Assembly (NCBI RefSeq): GCF_009914755.1
Contig: NC_060939.1
Source of the DNA: the human T2T-CHM13v2.0 reference genome, Homo sapiens
DNA: 64,000 bases
Reading direction: 5' to 3' (one strand)
Shown: positions 1 through 16,309 of the stretch, in pieces
Layout of the letters: every line of letters begins with the position of its first letter
How positions within the stretch are numbered: the stretch's first letter is position 1
The notes under the pieces: model-generated
The model's database searches: none
Seen by the model: only the letters and a program-made list of their open reading frames with translations
Told to the model about the DNA's origin: nothing
Position numbers and translations under genes: made by a program

Positions 1-1249
1 ACAGTTCCCAAGACAAGGGAGTGTGCCATGGGGGGTCGTGCCAGGAAGCACAGGACTGGGCGGGAGGCAGAGGCAGCAGGAATAAAACATGGACAAGAGC
101 CTCTACTGTGGTTCCATGGGAAGGACTGGGCAAGGCAGGGTAGACAGGCCAGGGATTGGCCTGTTTGATTAATTTCTGCAGGCTTTGGGGTGTTGGGCCT
201 GTCTCTAGTTGCCTGGTACTCGCCCTGGGGCAACGCGGGGAGGTGGGGGTGGCTGGAAGGATGGGGGTGTGGCCAGGGGTGTGGCCTCTGGATTGGTTGG
301 CTCACATTTGAGGAGCACGCTGTGGGGGTGAGTTCTTTATTCTCTCTAGGAAATAGTCCTGGGAGGGGCCATCCCTTCAGGGTTGGCAAGGCCCCAGATG
401 TCAAAGCATCAGGAAACAGAAAATAAAAGACATGGTTATATCTCCTCACACCCAGGAGCACAGCTCTCTGGCCTCCACGTGGCTCTGCACCTCAGCCCTG
501 GATTCTCATCCCTGGTGGGGCTGGGGGTCCTTTGTGGATAGGCACGGGCCTCATGCCACTTGAGAGGGGGAACCTGGACCCAGCCTATGTCCTGCCTAGC
601 ACCCACCAGGGTGTGGCATGAAAGAGACTGTGGAGAATGGAAGGGGAAGCTCTGGTGCCCACCAGGAAGGCATGTGGGGAGGGGTGGTGTGGGCTGTGGT
701 ATGGGGGATGCACGGAAGAACAAGGGCTCCGGGAAGGACTGGAACAACACGCAAGGCCACAGGAAAGAGGCTTTGTCCTTGCCTGGAATTCCTATGCCTT
801 TCTAAAGGATCAACTTATACAGAGGGGTAGAGCAGACTGGATGCGATTCTCAGAGTAGTCAGAAGTGTGGCACCCAGAGTTACCTGCAGGCTTTTGCTGA
901 AAGCGATCATGTGGCACAGCTGGGAATGACCCCACAGCCAGGGACTGGGCAGAGGGGGTATCCAAACAGTGTGGCCGGTGAGCCCTGGTTTGTAGACCCC
1001 TGGCTTGGAACAGTGGGGATCCCAGGCATGGGCAGGGGGCAACAGGGGGAGCACATTGCCTGAAGGGTGAGCTGGGAGAGCTTTGAGTAGGAAGCAGTAA
1101 AGGGAGCCCCTGTTAGCGGTCTGAAAAGAGTGACTTTGGTATTGGTGAGGTGGTAGGGAGCAAGGCGAGCCAGGCGGCTCCTGCAACAGGCCTGAGCCGG
1201 AGCAGTGCCCACAGGGATGGACATGTGGGAATTTAAGACAAAGGACATG

Positions 1250-1375
1250 GGCTGGGTACGGTGGCTCACGCCTGTAATCCCATCACTTAGGGAGGCCAAG
1301 GCAGGAGGATCCCTTGAGGCCAGAAGTTCGAGACCAGCATAGTGAGATCCCATCTCTACAAAAAAGGAAAAAAAA
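1250..1375 (+). mobile_element. FLAM/left Alu monomer
   Basis: Alu left-arm sequence ending in an A-rich tail. Confidence 0.85.
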
Positions 1376-1879
1376 CCAAAGTGACAGGACTTGGGGAGGT
1401 TCTGTCTATGGGCTGGCTCTCAGGTTTCTCACTTTTGTAAAAACGGAGCAAGGTGGAGCCACTCATTGAGACACACAGGCCCCGGGCGGGAGCCGGGATT
1501 CTGAGAAATGTCCGCTGTCAATTGTGGGAGACTCTGGAGAAGGAGGAAGTGGCGCTCCCCACAGTCTGTTCCATGGAATGCTAATAGCTGAACTAAACAG
1601 CCACAGCTACGACCGCTCTCAGCACTTTAAGATACTATTCCATTCCCTCTGGCACCTGCTGTCAGACTGTTATTCCTTCCAGGGTGCCTGTCTTTTCTCT
1701 GGTTGCTTTTAAGATTTCTTCTTCCTCCTTGATCTCTGTAGTTTCAATATGATGTATGAGGTGTGGATTCACTTCTGTGCATTGTCACTCTTGTCTTCAA
1801 TTCTTGCACATCCCCAGCCATGATCTCAATACATTTCCTCTTCCATTTCTTTGATTCTCATCTCTGGAGTGGCGTTTAG

Positions 1880-2224
<345 letters not shown>

Positions 2225-4271
2225 TAATTTTTAAAAAAGTTCCTTTGCCTCTCTACACTGCCTTCTGGGTACAACTCTTCCCTCTTCCAAGTAACTTTCC
2301 CATTCACGAGCCCTGTGTTGGATTCCTTTGTCTCTCGCATTTACCCAGGGCTTCGAGGTTTTCACTGTAACCACTTTGCTTGTCAATTAGAATTTTTTTT
2401 TCTTGTTGGTTCTTTTCTCTATCTACTTGATTTTGTTTCATGATTTCCTGCTCTTTGATCTTTTTGAACATCCTAAAACAGCTGTGTAAGTCTAGCTCAC
2501 ATAAGCCACCAGCCTTGTACAGATAGACATGGCCGTTCATCCTGACCAGCCAGCTTGGTCTGGACAGAGAGAGCCACGCAGGACTCCTCAGTGGTCTGAC
2601 CCATCAACACACTCAGAAAGCACAGGTCATGCCATCAGGAAGTGATATTTGGGATGAGTGCAATGTCAGAGGCAAGAAGTGCATTTGAGGGTGCTTATGC
2701 GGGAGGAATTCAAACTCTGAGAACTTGGCTTTGCTGAGTTAGATCAGAAAGACAGCGGATCTGATTTCTCTTTGGGCAGAGGTTTGTTTATTCTGTATTC
2801 AGAGCCAACAGCCGTGTTAGTTTTGAACTCACTTAAATATTTTCCACATTTGGGCAGAGTCACTCATTTCCAAGAGAAGGGCACAGTAACATATTGTTAT
2901 GACTCTCTGAGGACAGGGGACTGTGCCTGTCCTTCATTCATCCTTCACCCCTACCCTGTATCTGCCACACTGCTCAATAGAAGTTTATTGACTTACATTG
3001 TAAAACGGTTTTTGAATATATGAGTCATGATATAAATTTTTATATACCATAACTTAACATTTTCAGATGGGTGTTGCAGCCGCTTTGGGAGCCTCTGTCT
3101 TAATTGAGTAATGGGGCCATTGCTCCAGAGGTTGCAGGAACCTCATTGAAATTGCTCTATGGCCATTAGATATGAGCCACAGTAGATTGTCCCACGTCAA
3201 CTCTGTGGCCACACTTCACATGTATGCACTGTGTGTATGTATATATGTGAGTGTAGGTATCTATAGAATAAACATGCAATATTCTAATGTGACATAGATA
3301 TATTACATTATTATTTTGTTAGAGAAAATATTGGCAAAACCCACTAACATCTCAAATTAACACCACTGCGACATTTGCAACACTCTTCCTTTCCTGTATC
3401 CCAATTTAATAAAATGGCATTTGGCTCCCACTGAGGTTTCAAAATATTTCAGTATTTGATAGGTCAACAGTTACAATCGTATGTTGACTTTGCAATATAC
3501 TATTTTGATGATGTGTTAATACAGAGCAATCCTTGGATGGGATTTCCAGAATTGCTGTTTTATAACTATCAGCTGGCATGTTAAAACTAACCTCAGTGGC
3601 GAGAAAGCCAATTGCTGGGGATACATTGTGAGCCAAAGAATTGTTGAACGTGTGACTGGCACATACAGAAATAAGTTGGAAGTGAGCACGCAGAGACCTC
3701 TAAAACTTCTAAAGAACAGTCTGCAACGATACTGGGTGGGTAGTTTGCAAGTGAATTTTTAAAGGGTACTTGGTATTCTAAAGGCTCAGTAGAAACACAG
3801 CCCTTAGGGCAGCCCCCGAGTCCCCAGGGATCTACGAGCTGACCCTCTGTGGAAGCTTCTGCATCTATGATGGGGCCAAGTCAGAAGTGGATAACCCTCT
3901 TAAATTGGAGAAGGTGGGAAATAATGCAGGAAATGGAAAGGGAGGGAAGAGCGAAGGAGAGATGGATGTAGGGAGGGAGGAGAGAACAAATACACGAGAA
4001 AGAGGCAGAAAAGTGAGAGGGTAGGATCAGGTGCGTGGAAAGAGAAAACTTTGGAGACAGAGACAGGGTGGGTAGGAAAGAGCTTGTTGGAGACTTCAGG
4101 GACCCTGTTATTTTCCCTGAGCCTCATCACAGCAGTGCTGGGCTGTAGGTAAATATGGATAACGGTGGGGTCTGTGGCAGCCCCTGTTAAGGGCTGACAT
4201 TTATCCTGATGGCTCTGCCAGGAAGGAGTTTTGTTTTGGCTCTACTGGGCTCTATCTAACAACGAACTCTG

Positions 4272-4539
4272 TTTTTTGTGTTTTTGTGTTTTTGAGACAG
4301 AGTCTTGTTCTGTCACCCAAGCTGGAGTGCAGTGGCACCATCTCTGCTCACTGCAAACTCCACCTCCCAGATTAAAGCGATTCTCCCGAGTAGCTGGGAT
4401 TACAGGCACATACCACCACGCCTGGCTAATTTTTGTATTTTTAGAAGAGACAGGGTTTTGCCGTGTTGGCCTCAAGTGATCTGCCCGCCTCAGCCTCCCA
4501 AAGTGCTGGGATTACAGGTGTGAGCCACCGCACCAGGCT
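4272..4539 (-). mobile_element. Alu with small internal deletions
   Basis: Alu consensus; similar flanks aactctg on both sides. Confidence 0.9.
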
Positions 4540-4690
4540 TCCAACAAACTCTGATTCACTGGGTCCTTTACCTTCTTTTTGCCACAATGGGATGGATTCC
4601 CCCAGACATAAGTGTCTAGTCTTTTCCAGAGGAAATCCCAGTGTTCTCCTGAGCAATTCTAGGAGGAAAATCTTCCTATTTCTTGGTCTC

Positions 4691-4987
4691 TTTTTATTTT
4701 CTAGACAGGGTCTCTATCATCCAAGCTGCAGGGCAGTGGCGTGATCATGGCTTACTGCAGCCTCAACCTCCTGGGCTCAAGCAATTGATCCTCCCACCTC
4801 AGCCTCCCAAGAAGCTGGGACTACAGGAGTATACCACTACACCTGGCTAATTGTTTATTTTTTTGTAGAGGCGAGGTCTTGTTATGTTGCCCAGGCTGGT
4901 CTTGAACTCCTGGCTTCAAGCGATCCTTCTTCCTCCATCCTTCTCCTGAAGTGCTAGGATTACAGGTGTGAGCCACCGTGTCTGGCC
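4691..4987 (-). mobile_element. Alu (J-like)
   Basis: cctgggctcaagcaat...gatcctcccacctcagcc J-type diagnostics. Confidence 0.88.
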
Positions 4988-5514
4988 TTCTTGGTCATTT
5001 TTTATGTGGTCCCCTGAAATGCTGTGGCTGCTCAGGCTCTGAAAGGGGATGTCTTTCTGAGGAGGGCTTCCAAGCCACGGGGATGACAAGTTCACAGTGC
5101 ACGAGGCATGACAGTGGTCCCTGGTTAAGGAAATCCCAGAGTGGGCGAGCCCCCATGTCATGCTGGGTCCCAGCCGGCACATGGGCTTGTCCCGAAGATA
5201 CCATGAACCACGCGGTTAGAACTTTTATTCTAGAGACACCAGATGGTGGCGCCACATCAGGCTTTTCAAAGATCCTCTCTAGACCATGAATGTTCTCTGC
5301 CTTCTAAGTCATCACTTTCCTATTCCACAGATCAAATGAAAAGACGAGAAAACAGCTTCTATCACCATGACAGCCACCTGGACACACCTATCTCTGTTGG
5401 CAAGGGGGAGCATTTGGAAAATGGTAAGCATCTTTTCCTTATTGATGTACATCTGGTTGTCGAAATGTCTGTATCACTTGAGGTATAAGCCAAAAAAATT
5501 ACTAGAGTATGTTT

Positions 5515-5883
<369 letters not shown>

Positions 5884-6502
5884 TTATCTGAACATAATGT
5901 AAGCAATAGAATGGGAACTAACAAAGGTTAAGTGTATTCACTTAGGGGGTGCACATGCTGGGCACCAGGGCTCCAGCTACACAAAAGTGCCACATGAGTT
6001 CTGTGTGTGGGGAGCTTGCTTTCTAGATGGGAAAGTGACACTACACAAGCAAAAACGTTAATAATTCTGGGTTGTGACAAGGACCGAGCGGTGCTTCAGG
6101 ACAGCAACCGTGACTAGGAGGCCATGTTAGCTGGATGCTTGGAACAGCTGTGTGAGGGGTCATGTGGGAGCTGAAACATGGCGGATGCAGAGATTTCAGC
6201 AGGGGAAAGACCCGCGGGATGTGAGATGGCAGCGTTACCTACGTGGGGAGCAGCACCTGCTGAGGCCCGGTGGGGAAGAGGGCAGAAGGCTCGCAGACAG
6301 AAAGGAGACTGGCTGGACGTCCTGTGCGGGAAGGACAGGGTAGGAGAGGAGGGAACGGGGGTCTGAGAGGACCACAGGGGTGAGAAGCTATCAGAGGATG
6401 TTAAGCAGGGAATGCCACTTAAGTTTTTATTATGATTTACGTTTTTCCGATATTACCCTGGCTAGGGTGTGGAGAGTGTGTCGGAGGGAGACGGTCAGGA
6501 AG

Positions 6503-6856
6503 TGTGATAGTCTGAATGTTTGTGTCTTCCCAAAATTCAGATGTCGAACTTAATTCTCAGTGCAGTGGTGTTGGGAGGTAGGGCCTCTGGGAGGTGATCA
6601 GGCCACGAGGGTGGAGCTCTCATGAATGGGACTAGAGTCGTTACTAAGAGAACCCAGAGAGCATGTTCGCCCCTTCTACCACCATGTGGGGACTCAGTGA
6701 GAAGGCAGAATCTCTCAAGTAGGGGGGAGCCCTCACCAGACACTGATTCTTCTGGTACCTTGACCTTCCAGTCTCTGGAACTGGGAGCAGTATGTCTCTA
6801 TTTATAAATTACCCAGGCTAAGGTGTTTGTTATAGCAGCCCTAATGGACTATGACA
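6503..6856 (+). mobile_element. MaLR solo LTR (MLT1A/MST-like) inside L2-like sequence
   Basis: tgtgatagtctgaatgtttgtgtc...ggactatgaca with a perfect 5 bp TSD ggaag (6498-6502 and 6857-6861). Confidence 0.85.
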
Positions 6857-7138
6857 GGAAGCTACTGTGGGGTCCTGGTGAAATGTCTGCGACTTGGCGC
6901 ACAGCCACCGCGTGGCAGTGAAGATAGGGAGAAGTGGGCAGATTAGAGACATCCTTTGGAGGTAGAACCAATGGTATCTGTGGCTGAATTGGGTTGAGGA
7001 CAGGAAGGGAAACTGAGGAAAGAAAGGTGACTTTGATGTTTTGATATCAGACATTAGTTGGTTAGTGGTGCCATTTACTGATTTGGGGAAGCCGCAGTTA
7101 ATTGGGCATTTAATTTGTAACAATCTAAGTTTAAGGCA

Positions 7139-7471
7139 TGTGGTGTATGGTGTGGTATGCCACACAGATCCCCCTTCAGGACTGAGGGCTGTCCCCAGCT
7201 GTCAGGAGTGGTGGCTGCTCACAACTGAGTCTGTCCCCAGTACCCTCTCAGCAGAAGACAGCGAACCCTCAAGATGGCATTCATCCTGTGATACACGAAG
7301 GCCTGCCACCTTGCCTCTGTTTGAGACAACCATTCCACTCTACAGCTCCCCATGGTACCTGCCTGTGCCAAATCCTTTCTTCCTCATCACAGGATTCCCG
7401 AGGGTACCTCCCAATCAACCTCCCCACAAGCCTCCATCTCAGACTGGCTCTTGAGAACCCAAACTAAGGCA
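7139..7471 (+). mobile_element. ERV-L class LTR (LTR16C-like), 5' LTR
   Basis: TG...CA ends; cagatcccccttcaggactgagg near the start and gagaacccaaactaaggca at the end resemble recalled LTR16C; followed by a primer-binding site. Confidence 0.7.
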
Positions 7472-8456
7472 GCTGGTGCCAGGAGTGGTCCTATAGGAAG
7501 CAGACCCTAAAATAGGATTTTGGAGCTGCCATCACCTGCCAGCTGGATACAAGGGCTCCCCCGCACCCCCCCCCCCGTCACCAACCTCCCAGGAGGGAAG
7601 CCTCTGGCATCTGTATGGGCAATGATTAAGCCTTCACTGATGGCGCAATAGCTCAGTCATTTGAAAGATACAGGGAAACAGAAATTCCAAGGCAAAGAAA
7701 TGAAGTGGCTGTTGCCAGTGTTAGTGATGCATTGGAGAAAGACAATAAAAATGCTACAGATGATTAATCACTAATTTAAGGGGAAGTGTGAAACGAGGCC
7801 CTTATGTCTTAAGAGGGCAGAAAGCGTTGAGGATCAGGCCAGGCTTCAATGGTAATGACTACAGAAGCTTCAGAGAAGGCTGAATCCTCAACCCCAGGAA
7901 GTTGGCTACATGCAGGTCAGAATCCTGATTACGAAGGAGTGGGATTCTGGGATTGGAAGGGGGATAACTCAGTAAATGTCCTAAAAACTGTGAAACCCCA
8001 CATTCTCTAGACGCTTTCCAGCCTGCGGAAGTGGCCCTCTCTTCCCTATTAAAGCTATCTATCACTGCTCCCTTGCTTAAAGATGATACCGAGTCCTGTG
8101 CCTTGTAAGATAATACAAATGCTGTGTTAGAATCAGGATCTCCCCCACCTCCCCTCCTGGCCACCAGACAGATTCCTAAGTCACAATGTAACTCAGGTGG
8201 AGGGGGAAAGGAACTAGATCCCGAAGGAGCTGCAGGCCCTAGCAAGAACGGACATGCAGATGCCAGGAGAGTGTACCAGACCGGATCTGAAGTGCTGGAT
8301 AAGGAACAGTGGACATGAAGGTAGAAGGGGGAATTCTACCTCTTGCAGCGGGAGTTCTCTGCATGGATTTAACTCCCTCCCAAGGACCCTGGGAGACAGA
8401 TGGCTCACAGAACCTTGGGGACAGTGATGGTCTCGCAAAGTGCAGTAGAAGTGTTA

Positions 8457-8757
<301 letters not shown>

Positions 8758-9820
8758 GAAGTGTTTTGGTAGGTAGAGATAGAGGGTTCAGAAGAGTCAG
8801 AGGCTGGGCCTGCTAGAGAGGATATTCTTTCTAAGGCTGGAACACCTTCCCAGCCCCCATCCGATGTTCCATAGGAGGGTCTGAGGGAAACTCCTCCATT
8901 TCCCAAAGCAGTGAGGAGGTCCTGCTGAAAGGGCAGCAGCATTGTGGAGAAGTTCCAGCAGAACGGTTCCCCGTAGGTCATGGCTGACAGCAGGGGATGC
9001 TGTGCAGAACTGGGCTCCCTGATAGCCATGAGGCTAATAGGATCACAAAATAAAGCCACATGGTAAGCCCTTCACAGTCAGAAAAAGGGTGGGCGTAAGA
9101 TCATGAGGGGCAGCAAGGTCAGAGAAGCAGCAGGGGGCCTGACCTACAGACAGGGGTTGGAAATAGTTAATAGAGCCCTACTAGGGCCAGACAGAGGAGC
9201 AGCCAACTTCCCACCTATAACTCAATTCATTGTACATTTATAGTATTACTCAGTTTACACATTGACTAAAAAAGGGCGATCACAAGAGCAACCATCCTGT
9301 CAAACATGGCGTCTTGCTCAGTTTCCAGTCTGAGCCGGTTTTCATGCCCAGAATCCATTGACTGAAGGAGAGGTTGGGTCCCAGGGAGAAGGGTATCAAT
9401 TAATTGCCCCCAATCTTTCCCCAAAGGAACCTACAGCCATTGACTTGTTGGAGAGAAAGATACGCAGGCATTTAGAGGACTTGCACACAGGATCCAAGTT
9501 GACACTGGTACCCCGGCTACTGAGTGTCATTGTGGTCCCCGTTTCAGAGTGACGAGGAATAGAGTTCAAATAATAAATGGGGCCTGGTCCAGGTTTGGTT
9601 CACAGTGGGTCTGGTGGGTCCGTGAAGCCTCGCAGTGATGGTTTCCCCCTCCCTAAATGTGTACTGGTAATGGCTGGACTTGGTCCTTGGCCTGTAGGGT
9701 AAAAAACTACTGTAATGGGGAGGGCCAAGTGGAAGTCTGTGAAACTACCTCCCTCTCCCCGGGTGTATATAGCACCCTTGACATAACTAACTCCATCTTA
9801 GAAAAGGACTGCATTATATA

Positions 9821-10078
<258 letters not shown>

Positions 10079-10203
10079 TCAATTGTATATTTCATAGGGC
10101 ACTTTGCCAACAAGGATGAGATGTTTTGCTTAGGAAACAAATAAAAAAATTAAGACAGCATCCAACCAGATAAGGTCACAAATAAGCATACTCTTCTATT
10201 TAG

Positions 10204-10885
<682 letters not shown>

Positions 10886-11601
10886 TGAATGGGTAGTACT
10901 AAGGAGAACTGCATACTTGGGAACCCCATCGAACTTTGGGCTTCTGTGATTGAAATGGCATCAATAAAAGTCTGACATTGTAGAAAGATACAAATGTTTG
11001 TGGACCTGGTTATCTCTAATCTTGCACCACTCATGACACCAGGCAAGACAGTAAATCAATAGCAATGTCGCAACCCAGTGAGAATAGCATTATGAATGTC
11101 ATTCTTAAAGACCTAAAGGATGCTGCTGTGGTTGTCCCCATCATATTCCCATGCAATTCCTCAGTCTGGCATCTACGAAATTCACAGTGGATCCTCTCTG
11201 ACCACAGTGGACTACTGCAATTGTATCCAAGAATGAGCCCCACACAAACTGCTGTGCCAGGTGTGATGTCTTTGCTAGAGCAAATTAACGTGATTCAGAT
11301 GCAAGGATGATGGCCAGTGGCTGGGGAAGGCATTCATTTCCATCCATATCAGAAAGGAGGAGTGGGGCCAAAGAAGTGTGACAGACACAAGTTTCCACTT
11401 GTCCTCCCCGAGGCTGATGTTAATTCTCTGTTATGATACTGCCTGAGAGGGCCTGGATTGTAAAGACTCTCCCAAGAACTTGGACTGATCCACTGTATCT
11501 GTGACATCATGTTAATCAGACCAGATGCACAGGAGTGGTAAGTAGACTAGAGGCCGTGGGAGGACACATGGACTCTAGGCTGGGGGAGAAAAGCCCTATG
11601 A

Positions 11602-11928
<327 letters not shown>

Positions 11929-12454
11929 TCATTTTATCAGTGAAGTTCATAGGAGTCCAAGTAGCTGGGGGCGTGTCAGAACATGCTCTCCAAAAGGAAG
12001 GACACTTTATTGAATCATGCCTCCCCTATCATTAAGAATGAATCACAATATGCCAAAAGCCTCTTTGGCTTCTGGAGGCAGTCCAAGGAGAATCGTTCCC
12101 TGGCAGTAGGACTGAGCCTAATGGAATTGGCACCATGTGCCAGACTGGACGTCAGCTGCTGGATGGTGCCTGTCACGTGCCTTCTCTGTCCCTCCTTTTA
12201 AAATAGGGAGTGTCTGCAGTGGTTGTCTTATGCCGTTGCCACCATCTTCTCTTGAGCCTCTGGGTGGAGGGGAGAGGATGTCTCTCTTTAGTTCACGGAA
12301 TTTTAGAACCAGTGCTCAAGGGCCCGTGCCTGGGGAACCATGCTGGAGGAGCCACATCGGCACCTGATTCAGGGGATGCAGTCCCGAGCCTGATGCTGAA
12401 AGGAGATGAGACTTTAGGGCTGGGGTGGGGGAGGGGTGAGTGTATTTTGCATGT

Positions 12455-12904
12455 GTGAATATGAAGGTTAATTTTATATGTCAACTTGCCTGGGTAAAGG
12501 GATGCCCAGTTGGCTGGTAAAACATGATTTCTGGAAGTGTCTGTGAGGCTATTTCTGGAAGACATGAGTGTCTGAATCCATAGACTGAGTAAAGAAGATC
12601 CACCTCCACCAAGGTGGGTGGGCACTGTCCAATCTGCTGAGGGCCCGAATAGAACAGGAAGGCTGAGGAAGGGTAAATCTGCACTCTGCTGGAGCTGGAC
12701 CATCCATCTTCTCCGGCCCCAGAACTCCAGGTTCTCCGGCCTTTGGACTGAGACTGAATTGCAGTGGCAGCTTTCCTGAGTCTCCCGCTGGCAGAGAGCA
12801 GGTGGCAGGACTTCTTGGCCTCCAATCATCATGTGAGCCAATTCCCTTAATAAATCTCATCTATTCTCTTGGTTCCATTTCCCTGGAGAACCCTGACTAA
12901 TACA
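12455..12904 (+). mobile_element. MLT2-type ERV-L solo LTR
   Basis: ggttaattttatatgtcaacttg...ggagaaccctgactaataca, typical of MLT2 termini. Confidence 0.8.
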
Positions 12905-12909
12905 GGGGA

Positions 12910-13350
12910 TGTGTGTGAATCTCCTAAAAATGGCCCTAACAGTATTTCCCACTCCAGTTGTTCTTCCAGAACCCTGACACCACCCCCAGCAAGAGGTGGA
13001 CTCTTTGTCCCCTCCCCTTAAACTCAGGTGAGCCTTTGTGCCTGCCTTGCTCTTAGGGTATGGTGGGAGTGATGCTGTGGAACTTCTGAGTTGTCACAAG
13101 AGGTTGTGCAGCTCACTCTTGGGATGTTTGCCACCAAAATCCCACCATCCCTTGGAGAGGCCCCTTGCAGGTGTCCCGGCTGATGGTCCTAGCGGAAGTT
13201 CTGACTGACAGCTGTCATCACCGGCCACAGGTGCAAGACTATAGCCCTTCTGACCCTTCCAGTCTCTACTTGACCTTTAAGCCACCCCAGCAGAGGTGAG
13301 CTGCCCTCACCAAACCCTCTGCTGAAATTGCAGATTTAGGACAACTATGA
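12910..13350 (+). mobile_element. Old MLT1-type MaLR LTR (approximate)
   Basis: ctaaaaatggccc..., gaggtggactctttgtcccctcccctt and aaattgcagattt resemble MLT1 consensus blocks. Confidence 0.5.
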
Positions 13351-14499
13351 AGCGCCATCTTAGTCCCAAACTTCCCGGGGGATTGAGTATATGCACGTGG
13401 AGAGTCATGCGTGAGTACAGAGGTGGGCCGGGATGGCTGTCAGGGCCCAAAATGTTCACTTGGAAGATAACAGAATGTACATGGTGTAAAAACTCTTGAG
13501 TCCAGGTAATATGACCTAGGGAGAAAGTACATAGAAAAGGGTGGAGGACTGAGCTTGGGGCACTCCATCACTAGCTGGATGGTGGGGAGAGGCGAGGAAA
13601 GGCAGCAGTGTGTGGTGCTGCAGAGGGGCTGTGTCAAAGGGGAGGGCTGCTGGGAGCTGGGGAACAGGACACTAGGATGTCCACGCAACCTGATGCCATG
13701 AAGTCATTGGTGACCTGTCAAGAAGAGTGTTACTACAGAGCAGAGGGCAAAAGCCAGGGGAGTTCATGACCAGAGGTGAGGTGGTGTGTGGAGCGATGCT
13801 GGGGAAGGGGGGAGGTCAGTGATGGTGGGAGGGCTGGCTTTCCAGGAAGGCTGGGCACTGCTTCCTTGTCAGGCAGAGAAGGTGGACACACATGCAGGCA
13901 GGTTTGTACCTGGGAGCAGAAATGCAAAGGCTTTTGCTGAGACCTTTTACAGAGAGAGGGTGCTGCAGTAAAAGCTTCCAACCCCAGCCCTTCTAATCTG
14001 TGTCCAGAAGGTCAGTCAACAAACCCACAGAGGACATCCTGACCTTTCCCTCTTCCGAGCTCTGTTCCTCGGGCTCATTCCCAGCTGTGCGCGTCTCCAG
14101 GTTTCTCTGCCCCGTGGGGCTGTGGGCTCCTGAATAAGACTTCTGTTCCTTTGCATTCTCTTTGGTTCTAGGAAGTGCTTGGTCCCCAACAGATGCCTAC
14201 TTGACACTTGCTGATGGACAGCTTGTCAATTTCATCTAACAAACTGGAATCACTGGGGCCATCCAGGAATCACAGCAGCTCATGAAGAAATTCCACGCGA
14301 ACAGGGCTGTTAAAAGCCAACCCGCCAGAAAGGGTAGAACGGAGGAAGGACAAGAGGGTTCTAACACCTCCTGGAGGCAGGTGGGCGACGGTTCTTGAGA
14401 ATTTACACAAACCACAGGTTTTCCAGTGTCCAGGGGGCTGTGGGCAGTGTGTTGTCTGTCAAATTATTTTTTTAGTGAGATTTCTGGGTGCTACACCAG

Positions 14500-14789
14500 T
14501 TTTTTTTTTTTTTCTTAGATAGATAGGGTCTTGCTGTGTTGTCCAGGCTGGAGTACAGTGGCACAATCACAGCTCACTGCAGCCTCCAACTCCTGGGCTC
14601 GGGTGACCTTCTTGCCTCAGCCTCCTGAGTAGCTGGGAGGGACTACAGGAGTATGCCACCACACCCGGCTAACTTTAGTAGACAGGGGTCTCACTATTTT
14701 GCCCAGGCTGGTCAACTCTTGGCCTCAAGCCTCCCATGTCAACTTCCCAAAGTTCTGGGATTACAGGTGTGAGCTGCTGCACCTGGCCT
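14500..14789 (-). mobile_element. Alu (J-like)
   Basis: Diverged Alu with a poly-T lead. Confidence 0.88.
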
Positions 14790-15481
14790 GCTTTAGTCTT
14801 CATAGAGGGTTCTAAGGTTGTGAGTGTGGGGGTTTCTCCTGACTCCAGGAGGAGATGGACTCCCCATCCCTGTAAGCTGTGACATGTGTGTTCCATGTCA
14901 GGCCCAGATGGGATCCAAATGGCTGTGGTTGTTCCCACTGTGGTGGTGTGGAACCCCTGTCCTGTCTGCAGTGCTGGGGGATGTGCAGGGCCGGGACTTG
15001 CCGTCACATCTGCTGGCAGAGGGAAGCTGTGAGGGCTGTTGGCAGGGTTGTGGGGGTGGGGGTAGCGGCTGGAGAGTTCAGCATGGCTCTCCAGCCAGCG
15101 TGGCCAGGGCGTGCACTCTGCAGCATGGGTCTTGGAGCATGGGCCACTCTGCCAGTGAGGTGGCTGCCCTACATCAGATGCGCAGGCTCACAGCACAACT
15201 GTCAGACCCTCAGGTCCCCACCCAGGGTTTTGCAACCACAACGGGATGAGGCCAGGACTGAAAGAAAGATTTGTTAGCACTCGCTCAGGGAGAGGCAGCC
15301 ATCCCCCCGAACTGCATTTCCCAGTGACCTCTGACACCAACTCCAGCTGTGGCCAGCAGGCTCCCTGCAGCCAAGTCCCTGGCAAGCCAGGTGGCCACCA
15401 CAGTGGGGAAGGAGACAGCCCTTGGGGACTGGCTTATGTCTTTTACTTCACAGACAGCTTTAAACTGTTATGGAAAAACAT

Positions 15482-15487
15482 TTTATT
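15482..15487 (-). terminator. Polyadenylation signal of ADAMTS17
   Basis: Plus strand tttattaca reads TGTAATAAA on minus (UGUA overlapping AAUAAA), followed by U/GU-rich sequence (tgtttttcc...gctgtctgtg). Base composition turns GC-rich just beyond. Confidence 0.8.
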
Positions 15488-15998
15488 ACACATATTCAAC
15501 TTGCTTCCAATGAAATGATTAATTTTTCTATATAATTTTCATGTATAATGGCGTCCAATGTTTGTCTTCCGTTTTTTTTCCTTTCAAAACCAGCCCCAAA
15601 AAGTAAAACAAAAATTCCATGGGTACAGTATGTAATGCAAGTTAACGAATGGAAAATAGATACATTTGACTCTGAAACGAAAAAAGGACAATCGTATTGC
15701 CATAGAGGCTCTTTTCCTGCATTCTGATCCTATCCAGCAACGGTCAGCTGAGAGGGTTTAATTTTGCACCAATAAAAATAGCACCGTAGGGTCGTGAGAC
15801 TCTGGTAACACGTGCGTTAGTGACACGTGTGCAAGCACAAAGGTACAGTACTCGAGGGACAGTACAGGGTGTTAACACAGAAACATCACTGCTGTGATCA
15901 GCGTCTAGTGGAACAAGAATGTTTATGATGGTTTCACTGAAATCACTGCTCGTGCCATGAACAGAAGGTAGGCTGGTGGATTTCAAGATAAGCTAAAA

Positions 15999-16309
<311 letters not shown>

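Noticed and set aside
1-440. Possible old LTR at the window start
   Set aside because: It looks LTR-like but is cut off by the window edge, and I could not assign a family or boundaries.
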